Source: Botryllus schlosseri (Eukaryota). Taken from it: DNA of 64,000 nucleotides. This document shows positions 23,417-39,479 of the stretch, piece by piece; positions within the stretch are counted from its first letter, which is position 1, and each line of letters starts with the position of its first letter. A model generated the notes under the pieces. It saw only the letters and a list, made by a program, of their open reading frames with translations. It was not told the origin of the DNA and did not search any database. Made by a program: the position numbers and the translations under genes. The stretch spans positions 18,726,001-18,790,000 of the forward strand of contig CM119371.1 of the NCBI GenBank assembly GCA_051294905.1, in the 5' to 3' direction.

Positions 23417-23949
23417 ATGAAGTATCGCGCGAAATTTGTAATTGTAGTCGGCCTAACGCATTTTCATTATATCGCAATCGTCTTAGAGAAACGGACAATG
23501 TCACATAAAACGGCAGAAACTGTCTCGATCTGTCGCCTACGACCATACCACGTTGAATATACCCGATCTCGTCCGATCTCGGAAGTCAAGTAACGTTGGG
23601 CCCGGTTAGTACTTGCATGGGTGACCGGCTGGGAATACCGGGTGTAGTAGGCGGCTTTTTCATTTTTTTCGCACAAACTCGATCAATTTGATCGCTGCGC
23701 TGTATTCACGTATGAAGTATCGCGCGAAATTTGTAATTGTAGTCGGCCTAACGCATTTTCATTATATCGCAATCGTCTTAGAGAAACGGACAATGTCACA
23801 TAAAACGGCAGAAACTGTCTCGATCTGTCGCCTACGACCATACCACGTTGAATATACCCGATCTCGTCCGCTCTCGGAAGTCAAGTAACGTTGGGCCGGT
23901 TAGTACTTGAATGGGTGACCGGCTGGGAATACCGGGTGTAGTAGGCGGC

Positions 23950-26900
23950 TTTTTCATTTTTTTCGCACAAACTCGATCAATTTGATCGCTGCGCTGTATT
24001 CACGTATGAAGTATTGCGCGAAATTTGTAATTGTAGTCGGCCTAACGCATTTTCATTATATCGCAATCGTCTTAGAGAAACGGACAATGTCACATAAAAC
24101 GGCAGAAACTGTCTCGATCTGTCGCCTACGACCATACCACGTTGAATATACCCGATCTCGTCCGATCTCGGAAGTCAAGTAACGTTGGGCCCGGTTAGTA
24201 CTTGCATGGGTGACCGGCTGTGAATACCGGGTGTAGTAGGCGGCTTTTTCATTTTTTTCGCACAAACTCGATCAATTTGATCGCTGCGCTGTATTCACGT
24301 ATGAAGTATCGCGCGAAATTTGTAATTGTAGTCGGCCTAACGCATTTTCATTATATCGCAATCGTCTTAGAGAAACGGACAATGTCACATAAAACGGCAG
24401 AAACTGTCTCGATCTGTCGCCTACGACCATACCACGTTGAATATACCCGATCTCGTCCGATCTCGGAAGTCAAGTAACGTTGGGCCCGGTTAGTACTTGC
24501 ATGGGTGACCGGCTGGGAATACCGGGTGTAGTAGGCGGCTTTTTCATTTTTTTCGCACAAACTCGATCAATTTGATCGCTGCGCTGTATTCACGTATGAA
24601 GTATCGCGCAAAATTTGTAATTGTAGTCGGCCTAACGCATTTTCATTATATCGCAATCGTCTTAGAGAAACGGACAATGTCACATAAAACGGCAGAAACT
24701 GTCTCGATCTGTCGCCTACGACCATACCACGTTGAATATACCCGATCTCGTCCGATCTCGGAAGTCAAGTAACGTCGGGCCCGGTTAGTACTTGCATGGG
24801 TGACCAAATGGGAATACCGGGTGTAGTAGGCGGCTTTTTCATTTTTTTCGCACAAACTCGATCAATTTGATCGCTGCGCTGTATTCACGTATGAAGTATC
24901 GCGCGAAATTTGTAATTGTAGTCGGCCTAACGCATTTTCATTATATCGCAATCGTCTTAGAGAAACGGACAATGTCACATAAAACGGCAGAAACTGTCTC
25001 GATCTGTCGCCTACGACCATACCACGTTGAATATACCCGATCTCGTCCGATCTCGGAAGTCAAGTAACGTTGGGCCCGGTTAGTACTTGCATGGGTGACC
25101 GGCTGGGAATACCGGGTGTAGTAGGCGGCTTTTTCATTTTTTTCGCACAAACTCGATCAATTTGATCGCTGCGCTGTATTCACGTATGAAGTATCGCGCG
25201 AAATTTGTAATTGTAGTCGGCCTAACGCATTTTCATTATATCGCAATCGTCTTAGAGAAACGGACAATGTCACATAAAACGGCAGAAACTGTCTCGATCT
25301 GTCGCCTACGACCATACCACGTTGAATATACCCGATCTCGTCCGATCTCGGAAGTCAAGTAACGTTGGGCCCGGTTAGTACTTGCATGGGTGACCGGCTG
25401 GGAATACCGGGTGTAGTAGGCGGCTTTTTCATTTTTTTCGCACAAACTCGATCAATTTGATCGCTGCGCTGTATTCACGTATGAAGTATCGCGCGAAATT
25501 TGTAATTGTAGTCGGCCTAACGCATTTTCATTATATCGCAATCGTCTTAGAGAAACGGACAATGTCACATAAAACGGCAGAAACTGTCTCGATCTGTCGC
25601 CTACGACCATACCACGTTGAATATACCCGATCTCGTCCGATCTCGGAAGTCAAGTAACGTTGGGCCCGGTTAGTACTTGCATGGGTGACCGGCTGGGAAT
25701 ACCGGGTGTAGGTAGGCGGCTTTTGCATTTTTTGTGCGCAAACTCGATCGTTTTGATTGCAACTGTTTTGTATGCGCACGTAGGCCTACGTACAACTATG
25801 ATTGTCATCATTTGCTGGCCGCCGCTTATTTCAATTGGTAGTTATACTAGGCCTGACACATTGTCATTATATCGAAATCTCGTGCTGTTTTCACATGACG
25901 AAAAGTGCAATAAAATAACTACTCTGACAGCGAGAGCTTACTTGTGTGTTTGTCGACAAGATACAAGAACAGAGCAGGACGCCAATGATATTCGACCTCT
26001 AATTGGTCAGAAAGTGCCTCGGCGCAATAAGACTATCTACTATTCTGGCGTCTCGTCGACAGCATGGCGACGGAAATTGTCACATAAAACGGCACAGATC
26101 GTAACCACTGTCGCCTACGACCATACCACGTTGAATATACCCGATCTCGTCCGATCTCGGAAGTCGAGCAACGTTGGGCCCGGTTAGTACTTGCATGGGT
26201 GACCGGCTGGGAATACCGGGTGTAGTAGACGGCTTTTTCATTTTTTTCGCACAAACTCGATCAATTTGATCGCTGCGCTGTATTCACGTATGAAGTATCG
26301 CGCGAAATTTGTAATTGTAGTCGGCCTAACACATTTTCATGATATCGCAATCTCGTGCTGTTTTGACATGACGAAAATTCCAATAAAATAACTACTCTGA
26401 CAGCGAGAGCTTACTTGTCTGTTTTTCGACCAGACACAAGAACAGAGCAGGACGCCAATGATATTCGACCTCTAGTTGGTCAGAAAGTGCCTCGGCGCAA
26501 TAAGACTATCTACTATTCTGGCGTCTCGTCGACAGCATGGCGACGGAAATTGTCACATAAAACGGCACAGATCGTAACCACTGTCGCCTACGACCATACC
26601 ACGTTGAATATACCCGATCTCGTCCGATCTCGGAAGTCAAGCAACGTTGGGCCCGGTTAGTACTTGCATGGGTGACCGGCTGGGAATACCGGGTGTAGTA
26701 GACGGCTTTTTCATTTTTTTCGCACAAACTCGATCAATTTGATCGCTGCGCTGTATTCACGTATGAAGTATCGCGCGAAATTTGTAATTGTAGTCGGCCT
26801 AACACATTTTCATGATATCGAAATCTCGTGCTGTTTTTACATGACGAAAATTCCAATAAAATAACTACTCTGACAGCGAGAGCTTACTTGTCTGTTTTTC

Positions 26901-29900
26901 GACCAGACACAAGAACAGAGCAGGACGCCAATGATATTCGACCTCTTGTTGGTCAGAAAGTGCCTCGGCGCAATAAGACTATCTATACTATTCTGGCGTC
27001 TCGTCGACAGCATGGCGACGGAAATTGTCACATAAAACGGCACAGATCGTAACCACTGTCGCCTACGACCATACCACGTTGAATATACCCGATCTCGTCC
27101 GATCTCGGAAGTCAAGCAACGTTGGGCCCGGTTAGTACTTGCATGGGTGACCGGCTGGGAATACCGGGTGTAGTAGGCGGCTTTTTCATTTTTTTCGCAC
27201 AAACTCGATCAATTTGATCGCTGCGCTGTATTCACGTATGAAGTATCGCGCGAAATTTGTAATTGTAGTCGGCCTAACACATTTTCATGATATCGAAATC
27301 TCGTGCTGTTTTTACATGACGAAAATTCCAATAAAATAACTACTCTGACAGCGAGAGCTTACTTGTCTGTTTTTCGACCAGACACAAGAACAGAGCAGGA
27401 CGCCAATGATATTCGACCTCTTGTTGGTCAGAAAGTGCCTCGGCGCAATAAGACTATCTATACTATTCTGGCGTCTCGTCGACAGCATGGCGACGGAAAT
27501 TGTCACATAAAACGGCACAGATCGTAACCACTGTCGCCTACGACCATACCACGTTGAATATACCCGATCTCGTCCGATCTCGGAAGTCAAGCAACGTTGG
27601 GCCCGGTTAGTACTTGCATGGGTGACCGGCTGGGAATACCGGGTGTAGTAGGCGGCTTTTTCATTTTTTTCGCACAAACTCGATCAATTTGATCGCTGCG
27701 CTGTATTCACGTATGAAGTATTGCGCGAAATTTGTAATTGTAGTCGGCCTAACGCATTTTCATTATATCGCAATCGTCTTAGAGAAACGGACAATGTCAC
27801 ATAAAACGGCAGAAACTGTCTCGATCTGTCGCCTACGACCATACCACGTTGAATATACCCGATCTCGTCCGATCTCGGAAGTCAAGTAACGTTGGGCCCG
27901 GTTAGTACTTGCATGGGTGACCGGCTGGGAATACCGGGTGTAGTAGGCGGCTTTTTCATTTTTTTCGCACAAACTCGATCAATTTGATCGCTGCGCTGTA
28001 TTCACGTATGAAGTATCGCGCGAAATTTGTAATTGTAGTCGGCCTAACGCATTTTCATTATATCGCAATCGTCTTAGAGAAACGGACAATGTCACATAAA
28101 ACGGCAGAAACTGTCTCGATCTGTCGCCTACGACCATACCACGTTGAATATACCCGATCTCGTCCGATCTCGGAAGTCAAGTAACGTTGGGCCCGGTTAG
28201 TACTTGCATGGGTGACCGGCTGGGAATACCGGGTGTAGTAGGCGGCTTTTTCATTTTTTTCGCACAAACTCGATCAATTTGATCGCTGCGCTGTATTCAC
28301 GTATGAAGTATCGCGCAAAATTTGTAATTGTAGTCGGCCTAACGCATTTTCATTATATCGCAATCGTCTTAGAGAAACGGACAATGTCACATAAAACGGC
28401 AGAAACTGTCTCGATCTGTCGCCTACGACCATACCACGTTGAATATACCCGATCTCGTCCGATCTCGGAAGTCAAGTAACGTCGGGCCCGGTTAGTACTT
28501 GCATGGGTGACCAAATGGGAATACCGGGTGTAGTAGGCGGCTTTTTCATTTTTTTCGCACAAACTCGATCAATTTGATCGCTGCGCTGTATTCACGTATG
28601 AAGTATCGCGCGAAATTTGTAATTGTAGTCGGCCTAACGCATTTTCATTATATCGCAATCGTCTTAGAGAAACGGACAATGTCACATAAAACGGCAGAAA
28701 CTGTCTCGATCTGTCGCCTACGACCATACCACGTTGAATATACCCGATCTCGTCCGATCTCGGAAGTCAAGTAACGTTGGGCCCGGTTAGTACTTGCATG
28801 GGTGACCGGCTGGGAATACCGGGTGTAGTAGGCGGCTTTTTCATTTTTTTCGCACAAACTCGATCAATTTGATCGCTGCGCTGTATTCACGTATGAAGTA
28901 TCGCGCGAAATTTGTAATTGTAGTCGGCCTAACGCATTTTCATTATATCGCAATCGTCTTAGAGAAACGGACAATGTCACATAAAACGGCAGAAACTGTC
29001 TCGATCTGTCGCCTACGACCATACCACGTTGAATATACCCGATCTCGTCCGATCTCGGAAGTCAAGTAACGTTGGGCCCGGTTAGTACTTGCATGGGTGA
29101 CCGGCTGGGAATACCGGGTGTAGTAGGCGGCTTTTTCATTTTTTTCGCACAAACTCGATCAATTTGATCGCTGCGCTGTATTCACGTATGAAGTATCGCG
29201 CGAAATTTGTAATTGTAGTCGGCCTAACGCATTTTCATTATATCGCAATCGTCTTAGAGAAACGGACAATGTCACATAAAACGGCAGAAACTGTCTCGAT
29301 CTGTCGCCTACGACCATACCACGTTGAATATACCCGATCTCGTCCGATCTCGGAAGTCAAGTAACGTTGGGCCCGGTTAGTACTTGCATGGGTGACCGGC
29401 TGGGAATACCGGGTGTAGGTAGGCGGCTTTTGCATTTTTTGTGCGCAAACTCGATCGTTTTGATTGCAACTGTTTTGTATGCGCACGTAGGCCTACGTAC
29501 AACTATGATTGTCATCATTTGCTGGCCGCCGCTTATTTCAATTGGTAGTTATACTAGGCCTGACACATTGTCATTATATCGAAATCTCGTGCTGTTTTCA
29601 CATGACGAAAAGTGCAATAAAATAACTACTCTGACAGCGAGAGCTTACTTGTGTGTTTGTCGACAAGATACAAGAACAGAGCAGGACGCCAATGATATTC
29701 GACCTCTAATTGGTCAGAAAGTGCCTCGGCGCAATAAGACTATCTACTATTCTGGCGTCTCGTCGACAGCATGGCGACGGAAATTGTCACATAAAACGGC
29801 ACAGATCGTAACCACTGTCGCCTACGACCATACCACGTTGAATATACCCGATCTCGTCCGATCTCGGAAGTCGAGCAACGTTGGGCCCGGTTAGTACTTG

Positions 29901-31000
29901 CATGGGTGACCGGCTGGGAATACCGGGTGTAGTAGACGGCTTTTTCATTTTTTTCGCACAAACTCGATCAATTTGATCGCTGCGCTGTATTCACGTATGA
30001 AGTATCGCGCGAAATTTGTAATTGTAGTCGGCCTAACACATTTTCATGATATCGCAATCTCGTGCTGTTTTGACATGACGAAAATTCCAATAAAATAACT
30101 ACTCTGACAGCGAGAGCTTACTTGTCTGTTTTTCGACCAGACACAAGAACAGAGCAGGACGCCAATGATATTCGACCTCTAGTTGGTCAGAAAGTGCCTC
30201 GGCGCAATAAGACTATCTACTATTCTGGCGTCTCGTCGACAGCATGGCGACGGAAATTGTCACATAAAACGGCACAGATCGTAACCACTGTCGCCTACGA
30301 CCATACCACGTTGAATATACCCGATCTCGTCCGATCTCGGAAGTCAAGCAACGTTGGGCCCGGTTAGTACTTGCATGGGTGACCGGCTGGGAATACCGGG
30401 TGTAGTAGACGGCTTTTTCATTTTTTTCGCACAAACTCGATCAATTTGATCGCTGCGCTGTATTCACGTATGAAGTATCGCGCGAAATTTGTAATTGTAG
30501 TCGGCCTAACACATTTTCATGATATCGAAATCTCGTGCTGTTTTTACATGACGAAAATTCCAATAAAATAACTACTCTGACAGCGAGAGCTTACTTGTCT
30601 GTTTTTCGACCAGACACAAGAACAGAGCAGGACGCCAATGATATTCGACCTCTTGTTGGTCAGAAAGTGCCTCGGCGCAATAAGACTATCTATACTATTC
30701 TGGCGTCTCGTCGACAGCATGGCGACGGAAATTGTCACATAAAACGGCACAGATCGTAACCACTGTCGCCTACGACCATACCACGTTGAATATACCCGAT
30801 CTCGTCCGATCTCGGAAGTCAAGCAACGTTGGGCCCGGTTAGTACTTGCATGGGTGACCGGCTGGGAATACCGGGTGTAGTAGGCGGCTTTTTCATTTTT
30901 TTCGCACAAACTCGATCAATTTGATCGCTGCGCTGTATTCACGTATGAAGTATCGCGCGAAATTTGTAATTGTAGTCGGCCTAACACATTTTCATGATAT
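23950..31000. repeat. Higher-order duplication, period 3707 bp (approximate)
   Basis: 23982/27689, 25660/29367, 26828/30535; shared private variant GACCAAATGGG. Confidence 0.85.
27061..27178 (+). rRNA. 5S rRNA: 5S rRNA gene, C57 variant closest to canonical (475-bp L unit)
   Basis: No indels; AAGCAACGTTGGG; GGCTGGGAATAC; GTAGGC end. Confidence 0.94.
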
Positions 31001-32346
31001 CGCAATCTCGTGCTGTTTTGACATGACGAAAATTCCAATAAAATAACTACTCTGACAGCGAGAGCTTACTTGTCTGTTTTTCGACCAGACACAAGAACAG
31101 AGCAGGACGACAATGATATTCGACTTCTAGTTGGTCAGAAAGTGCCTCGGCGCAATAAGACTATCTACTATTCTGGCGTCTCGTCGACAGCATGGCGACG
31201 GAAATTGTCACATAAAACGGCACAGATCGTAACCACTGTCGCCTACGACCATACCGCGTTGAATATACCCGATCTCGTCCGATCTCGGAAGTCAAGCAAC
31301 GTTGGGCCCGGTTAGTACTTGCATGGGTGACCGGCTGGGAATACCGGGTGTAGGTAGGCGGCTTTTGCATTTTTTGTGCGCAAACTCGATCGTTTTGATT
31401 GCAACTGTTTTGTATGCGCACGTAGGCCTACGTACAACTATGATTGTCATCATTTGCTGGCCGCCGCTTATTTCAATTGGTAGTTATACTAGGCCTGACA
31501 CATTGTCATTATATCGAAATCTCGTGCTGTTTTCACATGACGAAAAGTGCAATAAAATAACTACTCTGACAGCGAGAGCTTACTTGTGTGTTTGTCGACA
31601 AGATACAAGAACAGAGCAGGACGCCAATGATATTCGACCTCTAGTTGGTCAGAAAGTGCCTCGGCGCAATAAGACTATCTATACTATTCTGGCGTCTCGT
31701 CGACAGCATGGCGACGTAAATTGTCACTAAAAATGGCACAGATCGTAACCACTGTCGCCTACGACCATAACACGTTGAATATACCCGATCTCGTCCGATC
31801 TCGGAAGTCAAGCAATGTTTGGCCCGGTTAGTACTTGCATGGGTGACCGGCTGGGAATACCGGGTGTAGTAGGCGGCTTTTTCATTTTTTTCGCACAAAC
31901 TCGATCAATTTGATCGCTGCGCTGTATTCACGTATGAAGTATCGCGCGAAATTTGTAATTGTAGTCGGCCTAACGCATTTTCATTATATCGCAATCGTCT
32001 TAGAGAAACGGACAATGTCACATAAAACGGCAGAAACTGTCACGATCTGTCGCCTGCGACCATACCACGTTGAATATACCCGATCTCGTCCGATCTCGGA
32101 AGTCAAGTAACGTTGGGCCCGGTTAGTACTTGCATGGGTGACTGGCTGGGAATACCGGGTGTAGTAGGCGGCTTTTTCATTTTTTTCGCACAAACTCGAT
32201 CAATTTGATCGCTGCGCTGTATTCACGTATGAAGTATCGCGCGAAATTTGTAATTGTAGTCGGCCTAACGCATTTTCATTATATCGCAATCGTCTAAAAG
32301 AAACGGATAATGTCACATAAAACGGCAGAAACTGACACGATCTGTC

Positions 32347-32454
32347 GCCTACGACCATACCACGTTGAATATACCCGATCTCGGAAGTCAAGTAACGTTG
32401 GGCCCGGTTAGTACTTGCATGGGTGACCGGCTGGGAATACCGGGTGTAGTAGGC
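32347..32454 (+). pseudogene. 5S pseudogene, 10-bp deletion, no downstream LINE
   Basis: Same deletion; followed by an empty-site S spacer. Confidence 0.85.
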
Positions 32455-35400
32455 GGCTTTTTCATTTTTTTCGCACAAACTCGATCAATTTGATCGCTGC
32501 GCTGTATTCACGTATGAAGTATCGCGCGAAATTTGTAATTGTAGTCGGCCTAACGCATTTTCATTATATCGCAATCGTCTTAGAGAAACGGACAATGTCA
32601 CATAAAACGGCAGAAACTGTCTCGATTTGTCGCCTACGACCATACCACGTTGAATATACCCGATCTCGTCCGCTCTCGGAAGTCAAGTAACGTTGGGCCC
32701 GGTTAGTACTTGAATGGGTGACCGGCTGGGAATACCGGGTGTAGTAGGCGGCTTTTTCATTTTTTTCGCACAAACTCGATCAATTTGATCGCTGCGCTGT
32801 ATTCACGTATGAAGTATCGCGCGAAATTTGTAATTGTAGTCGGCCTAACGCATTTTCATTATATCGCAATCGTCTTAGAGAAACGGACAATGTCACATAA
32901 AACGGCAGAAACTGTCTCGATCTGTCGCCTACGACCATACCACGTTGAATATACCCGATCTCGTCCGATCTCGGAAGTCAAGTAACGTTGGGCCCGGTTA
33001 GTACTTGCATGGGTGACCGGCTGGGAATACCGGGTGTAGTAGGCGGCTTTTTCATTTTTTTCGCACAAACTCGATCAATTTGATCGCTGCGCTGTATTCA
33101 CGTATGAAGTATCGCGCGAAATTTGTAATTGTAGTCGGCCTAACGAATTTTCATTATATCGCAATCGTCTTAGAGAAACGGACAATGTCACATAAAACGG
33201 CAGAAACTGTCTCGATCTGTCGCCTACGACCATACCACGTTGAATATACCCGATCTCGTCCGATCTCGGAAGTCAAGTAACGTTGGGCCCGGTTAGTACT
33301 TGCATGGGTGACCGGCTGGGAATACCGGGTGTAGGTAGGCGGCTTTTGCATTTTTTGTGCGCAAACTCGATCGTTTTGATTGCAACTGTTTTGTATGCGC
33401 ACGTAGGCCTACGTACAACTATGATTGTCATCATTTGCTGGCCGCCGCTTATTTCAATTGGTAGTTATACTAGGCCTGACACATTGTCATTATATCGAAA
33501 TCTCGTGCTGTTTTCACATGACGAAAAGTGCAATAAAATAACTACTCTGACAGCGAGAGCTTACTTGTGTGTTTGTCGACAAGATACAAGAACAGAGCAG
33601 GACGCCAATGATATTCGACCTCTAATTGGTCAGAAAGTGCCTCGGCGCAATAAGACTATCTACTATTCTGGCGTCTCGTCGACAGCATGGCGACGGAAAT
33701 TGTCACATAAAACGGCACAGATCGTAACCACTGTCGCCTACGACCATACCACGTTGAATATACCCGATCTCGTCCGATCTCGGAAGTCGAGCAACGTTGG
33801 GCCCGGTTAGTACTTGCATGGGTGACCGGCTGGGAATACCGGGTGTAGTAGACGGCTTTTTCATTTTTTTCGCACAAACTCGATCAATTTGATCGCTGCG
33901 CTGTATTCACGTATGAAGTATCGCGCGAAATTTGTAATTGTAGTCGGCCTAACGCATTTTCATTATATCGCAATCGTCTTAGAGAAACGGACAATGTCAC
34001 ATAAAACGGCAGAAACTGTCTCGATCTGTCGCCTACGACCATACCACGTTGAATATACCCGATCTCGTCCGATCTCGGAAGTCAAGTAACGTTGGGCCCG
34101 GTTAGTACTTGCATGGGTGACCGGCTGGGAATACCGGGTGTAGGTAGGCGGCTTTTGCATTTTTTGTGCGCAAACTCGATCGTTTTGATTGCAACTGTTT
34201 TGTATGCGCACGTAGGCCTACGTACAACTATGATTGTCATCATTTGCTGGCCGCCGCTTATTTCAATTGGTAGTTATACTAGGCCTGACACATTGTCATT
34301 ATATCGAAATCTCGTGCTGTTTTCACATGACGAAAAGTGCAATAAAATAACTACTCTGACAGCGAGAGCTTACTTGTGTGTTTGTCGACAAGATACAAGA
34401 ACAGAGCAGGACGCCAATGATATTCGACCTCTAATTGGTCAGAAAGTGCCTCGGCGCAATAAGACTATCTACTATTCTGGCGTCTCGTCGACAGCATGGC
34501 GACGGAAATTGTCACATAAAACGGCACAGATCGTAACCACTGTCGCCTACGACCATACCACGTTGAATATACCCGATCTCGTCCGATCTCGGAAGTCGAG
34601 CAACGTTGGGCCCGGTTAGTACTTGCATGGGTGACCGGCTGGGAATACCGGGTGTAGTAGGCGGCTTTTTCATTTTTTTCGCACAAACTCGATCAATTTG
34701 ATCGCTGCGCTGTATTCACGTATGAAGTATCGCGCGAAATTTGTAATTGTAGTCGGCCTAACGCATTTTCATTATATCGCAATCGTCTTAGAGAAACGGA
34801 CAATGTCACATAAAACGGCAGAAACTGTCTCGATTTGTCGCCTACGACCATACCACGTTGAATATACCCGATCTCGTCCGCTCTCGGAAGTCAAGTAACG
34901 TTGGGCCCGGTTAGTACTTGAATGGGTGACCGGCTGGGAATACCGGGTGTAGTAGGCGGCTTTTTCATTTTTTTCGCACAAACTCGATCAATTTGATCGC
35001 TGCGCTGTATTCACGTATGAAGTATCGCGCGAAATTTGTAATTGTAGTCGGCCTAACGCATTTTCATTATATCGCAATCGTCTTAGAGAAACGGACAATG
35101 TCACATAAAACGGCAGAAACTGTCTCGATCTGTCGCCTACGACCATACCACGTTGAATATACCCGATCTCGTCCGATCTCGGAAGTCAAGTAACGTTGGG
35201 CCCGGTTAGTACTTGCATGGGTGACCGGCTGGGAATACCGGGTGTAGTAGGCGGCTTTTTCATTTTTTTCGCACAAACTCGATCAATTTGATCGCTGCGC
35301 TGTATTCACGTATGAAGTATCGCGCGAAATTTGTAATTGTAGTCGGCCTAACGCATTTTCATTATATCGCATCGTCTTAGAGAAACGGACAATGTCACAT

Positions 35401-38400
35401 AAAACGGCAGAAACTGTCTCGATCTGTCGCCTACGACCATACCACGTTGAATATACCCGATCTCGTCCGATCTCGGAAGTCAAGTAACGTTGGGCACGGT
35501 TAGTACTTGCATGGGTGACCGGCTGGGAATACCGGGTGTAGTAGGCGGCTTTTTCATTTTTTTCGCACAAACTCGATCAATTTGATCGCTGCGCTGTATT
35601 CACGTATGAAGTATCGCGCGAAATTTGTAATTGTAGTCGGCCTAACGCATTTTCATTATATCGCAATCGTCTTAGAGAAACGGACAATGTCACATAAAAC
35701 GGCAGAAACTGTCTCGATCTGTCGCCTACGACCATACCACGTTGAATATACCCGATCTCGTCCGATCTCGGAAGTCAAGTAACGTTGGGCCCGGTTAGTA
35801 CTTGCATGGGTGACCGGCTGGGAATACCGGGTGTAGTAGGCGGCATTTTCATTTTTTTCGCACAAACTCGATCAATTTGATCGCTGCGCTGTATTCACGT
35901 ATGAAGTATCGCGCGAAATTTGTAATTGTAGTCGGCCTAACGCATTTTCATTATATCGCAATCGTCTTAGAGAAACGGACAATGTCACATAAAACGGCAG
36001 AAACTGTCTCGATCTGTCGCCTACGACCATACCACGTTGAATATACCCGATCTCGTCCGATCTCGGAAGTCAAGTAACGTTGGGCCCGGTTAGTACTTGC
36101 ATGGGTGACCGGCTGGGAATACCGGGTGTAGGTAGGCGGCTTTTGCATTTTTTGTGCGCAAACTCGATCGTTTTGATTGCAACTGTTTTGTATGCGCACG
36201 TAGGCCTACGTACAACTATGATTGTCATCATTTGCTGGCCGCCGCTTATTTCAATTGGTAGTTATACTAGGCCTGACACATTGTCATTATATCGAAATCT
36301 CGTGCTGTTTTCACATGACGAAAAGTGCAATAAAATAACTACTCTGACAGCGAGAGCTTACTTGTGTGTTTGTCGACAAGATACAAGAACAGAGCAGGAC
36401 GCCAATGATATTCGACCTCTAATTGGTCAGAAAGTGCCTCGGCGCAATAAGACTATCTACTATTCTGGCGTCTCGTCGACAGCATGGCGACGGAAATTGT
36501 CACATAAAACGGCACAGATCGTAACCACTGTCGCCTACGACCATACCACGTTGAATATACCCGATCTCGTCCGATCTCGGAAGTCGAGCAACGTTGGGCC
36601 CGGTTAGTACTTGCATGGGTGACCGGCTGGGAATACCGGGTGTAGTAGACGGCTTTTTCATTTTTTTCGCACAAACTCGATCAATTTGATCGCTGCGCTG
36701 TATTCACGTATGAAGTATCGCGCGAAATTTGTAATTGTAGTCGGCCTAACGCATTTTCATTATATCGCAATCGTCTTAGAGAAACGGACAATGTCACATA
36801 AAACGGCAGAAACTGTCTCGATCTGTCGCCTACGACCATACCACGTTGAATATACCCGATCTCGTCCGATCTCGGAAGTCAAGTAACGTTGGGCCCGGTT
36901 AGTACTTGCATGGGTGACCGGCTGGGAATACCGGGTGTAGGTAGGCGGCTTTTGCATTTTTTGTGCGCAAACTCGATCGTTTTGATTGCAACTGTTTTGT
37001 ATGCGCACGTAGGCCTAAGTACAACTATGATTGTCATCATTTGCTGGCCGCCGCTTATTTCAATTGGTAGTTATACTAGGCCTGACACATTGTCATTATA
37101 TCGAAATCTCGTGCTGTTTTCACATGACGAAAAGTGCAATAAAATAACTACTCTGACAGCGAGAGCTTACTTGTGTGTTTGTCGACAAGATACAAGAACA
37201 GAGCAGGACGCCAATGATATTCGACCTCTAATTGGTCAGAAAGTGCCTCGGCGCAATAAGACTATCTACTATTCTGGCGTCTCGTCGACAGCATGGCGAC
37301 GGAAATTGTCACATAAAACGGCACAGATCGTAACCACTGTCGCCTACGACCATACCACGTTGAATATACCCGATCTCGTCCGATCTCGGAAGTCGAGCAA
37401 CGTTGGGCCCGGTTAGTACTTGCATGGGTGACCGGCTGGGAATACCGGGTGTAGTAGACGGCTTTTTCATTTTTTTCGCACAAACTCGATCAATTTGATC
37501 GCTGCGCTGTATTCACGTATGAAGTATCGCGCGAAATTTGTAATTGTAGTCGGCCTAACGCATTTTCATTATATCGCATCGTCTTAGAGAAACGGACAAT
37601 GTCACATAAAACGGCAGAAACTGTCTCGATCTGTCGCCTACGACCATACCACGTTGAATATACCCGATCTCGTCCGATCTCGGAAGTCAAGTAACGTTGG
37701 GCACGGTTAGTACTTGCATGGGTGACCGGCTGGGAATACCGGGTGTAGTAGGCGGCTTTTTCATTTTTTTCGCACAAACTCGATCAATTTGATCGCTGCG
37801 CTGTATTCACGTATGAAGTATCGCGCGAAATTTGTAATTGTAGTCGGCCTAACGCATTTTCATTATATCGCAATCGTCTTAGAGAAACGGACAATGTCAC
37901 ATAAAACGGCAGAAACTGTCTCGATCTGTCGCCTACGACCATACCACGTTGAATATACCCGATCTCGTCCGATCTCGGAAGTCAAGTAACGTTGGGCCCG
38001 GTTAGTACTTGCATGGGTGACCGGCTGGGAATACCGGGTGTAGTAGGCGGCATTTTCATTTTTTTCGCACAAACTCGATCAATTTGATCGCTGCGCTGTA
38101 TTCACGTATGAAGTATCGCGCGAAATTTGTAATTGTAGTCGGCCTAACGCATTTTCATTATATCGCATCGTCTTAGAGAAACGGACAATGTCACATAAAA
38201 CGGCAGAAACTGTCTCGATCTGTCGCCTACGACCATACCACGTTGAATATACCCGATCTCGTCCGATCTCGGAAGTCAAGTAACGTTGGGCACGGTTAGT
38301 ACTTGCATGGGTGACCGGCTGGGAATACCGGGTGTAGTAGGCGGCTTTTTAATTTTTTTCGCACAAACTCGATCAATTTGATCGCTGCGCTGTATTCACG

Positions 38401-39479
38401 TATGAAGTATCGCGCGAAATTTGTAATTGTAGTCGGCCTAACGCATTTTCATTATATCGCAATCGTCTTAGAGAAACGGACAATGTCACATAAAACGGCA
38501 GAAACTGTCTCGATCTGTCGCCTACGACCATACCACGTTGAATATACCCGATCTCGTCCGATCTCGGAAGTCAAGTAACGTTGGGCCCGGTTAGTACTTG
38601 CATGGGTGACCGGCTGGGAATACCGGGTGTAGTAGGCGGCATTTTCATTTTTTTCGCACAAACTCGATGAATTTGATCGCTGCGCTGTATTCACGTATGA
38701 AGTATCGCGCGAAATTTGTAATTGTAGTCGGCCTAACGCATTTTCATTATATCGCAATCGTCTTAGAGAAACGGACAATGTCACATAAAACGGCAGAAAC
38801 TGTCTCGATCTGTCGCCTACGACCATACCACGTTGAATATACCCGATCTCGTCCGATCTCGGAAGTCAAGTAACGTTGGGCCCGGTTAGTACTTGCATGG
38901 GTGACCGGCTGGGAATACCGGGTGTAGGTAGGCGGCTTTTGCATTTTTTGTGCGCAAACTCGATCGTTTTGATTGCAACTGTTTTGTATGCGCACGTAGG
39001 CCTACGTACAACTATGATTGTCATCATTTGCTGGCCGCCGCTTATTTCAATTGGTAGTTATACTAGGCCTGACACATTGTCATTATATCGAAATCTCGTG
39101 CTGTTTTCACATGACGAAAAGTGCAATAAAATAACTACTCTGACAGCGAGAGCTTACTTGTGTGTTTGTCGACAAGATACAAGAACAGAGCAGGACGCCA
39201 ATGATATTCGACCTCTAATTGGTCAGAAAGTGCCTCGGCGCAATAAGACTATCTACTATTCTGGCGTCTCGTCGACAGCATGGCGACGGAAATTGTCACA
39301 TAAAACGGCACAGATCGTAACCACTGTCGCCTACGACCATACCACGTTGAATATACCCGATCTCGTCCGATCTCGGAAGTCGAGCAACGTTGGGCCCGGT
39401 TAGTACTTGCATGGGTGACCGGCTGGGAATACCGGGTGTAGTAGACGGCTTTTTCATTTTTTTCGCACAAACTCGATCA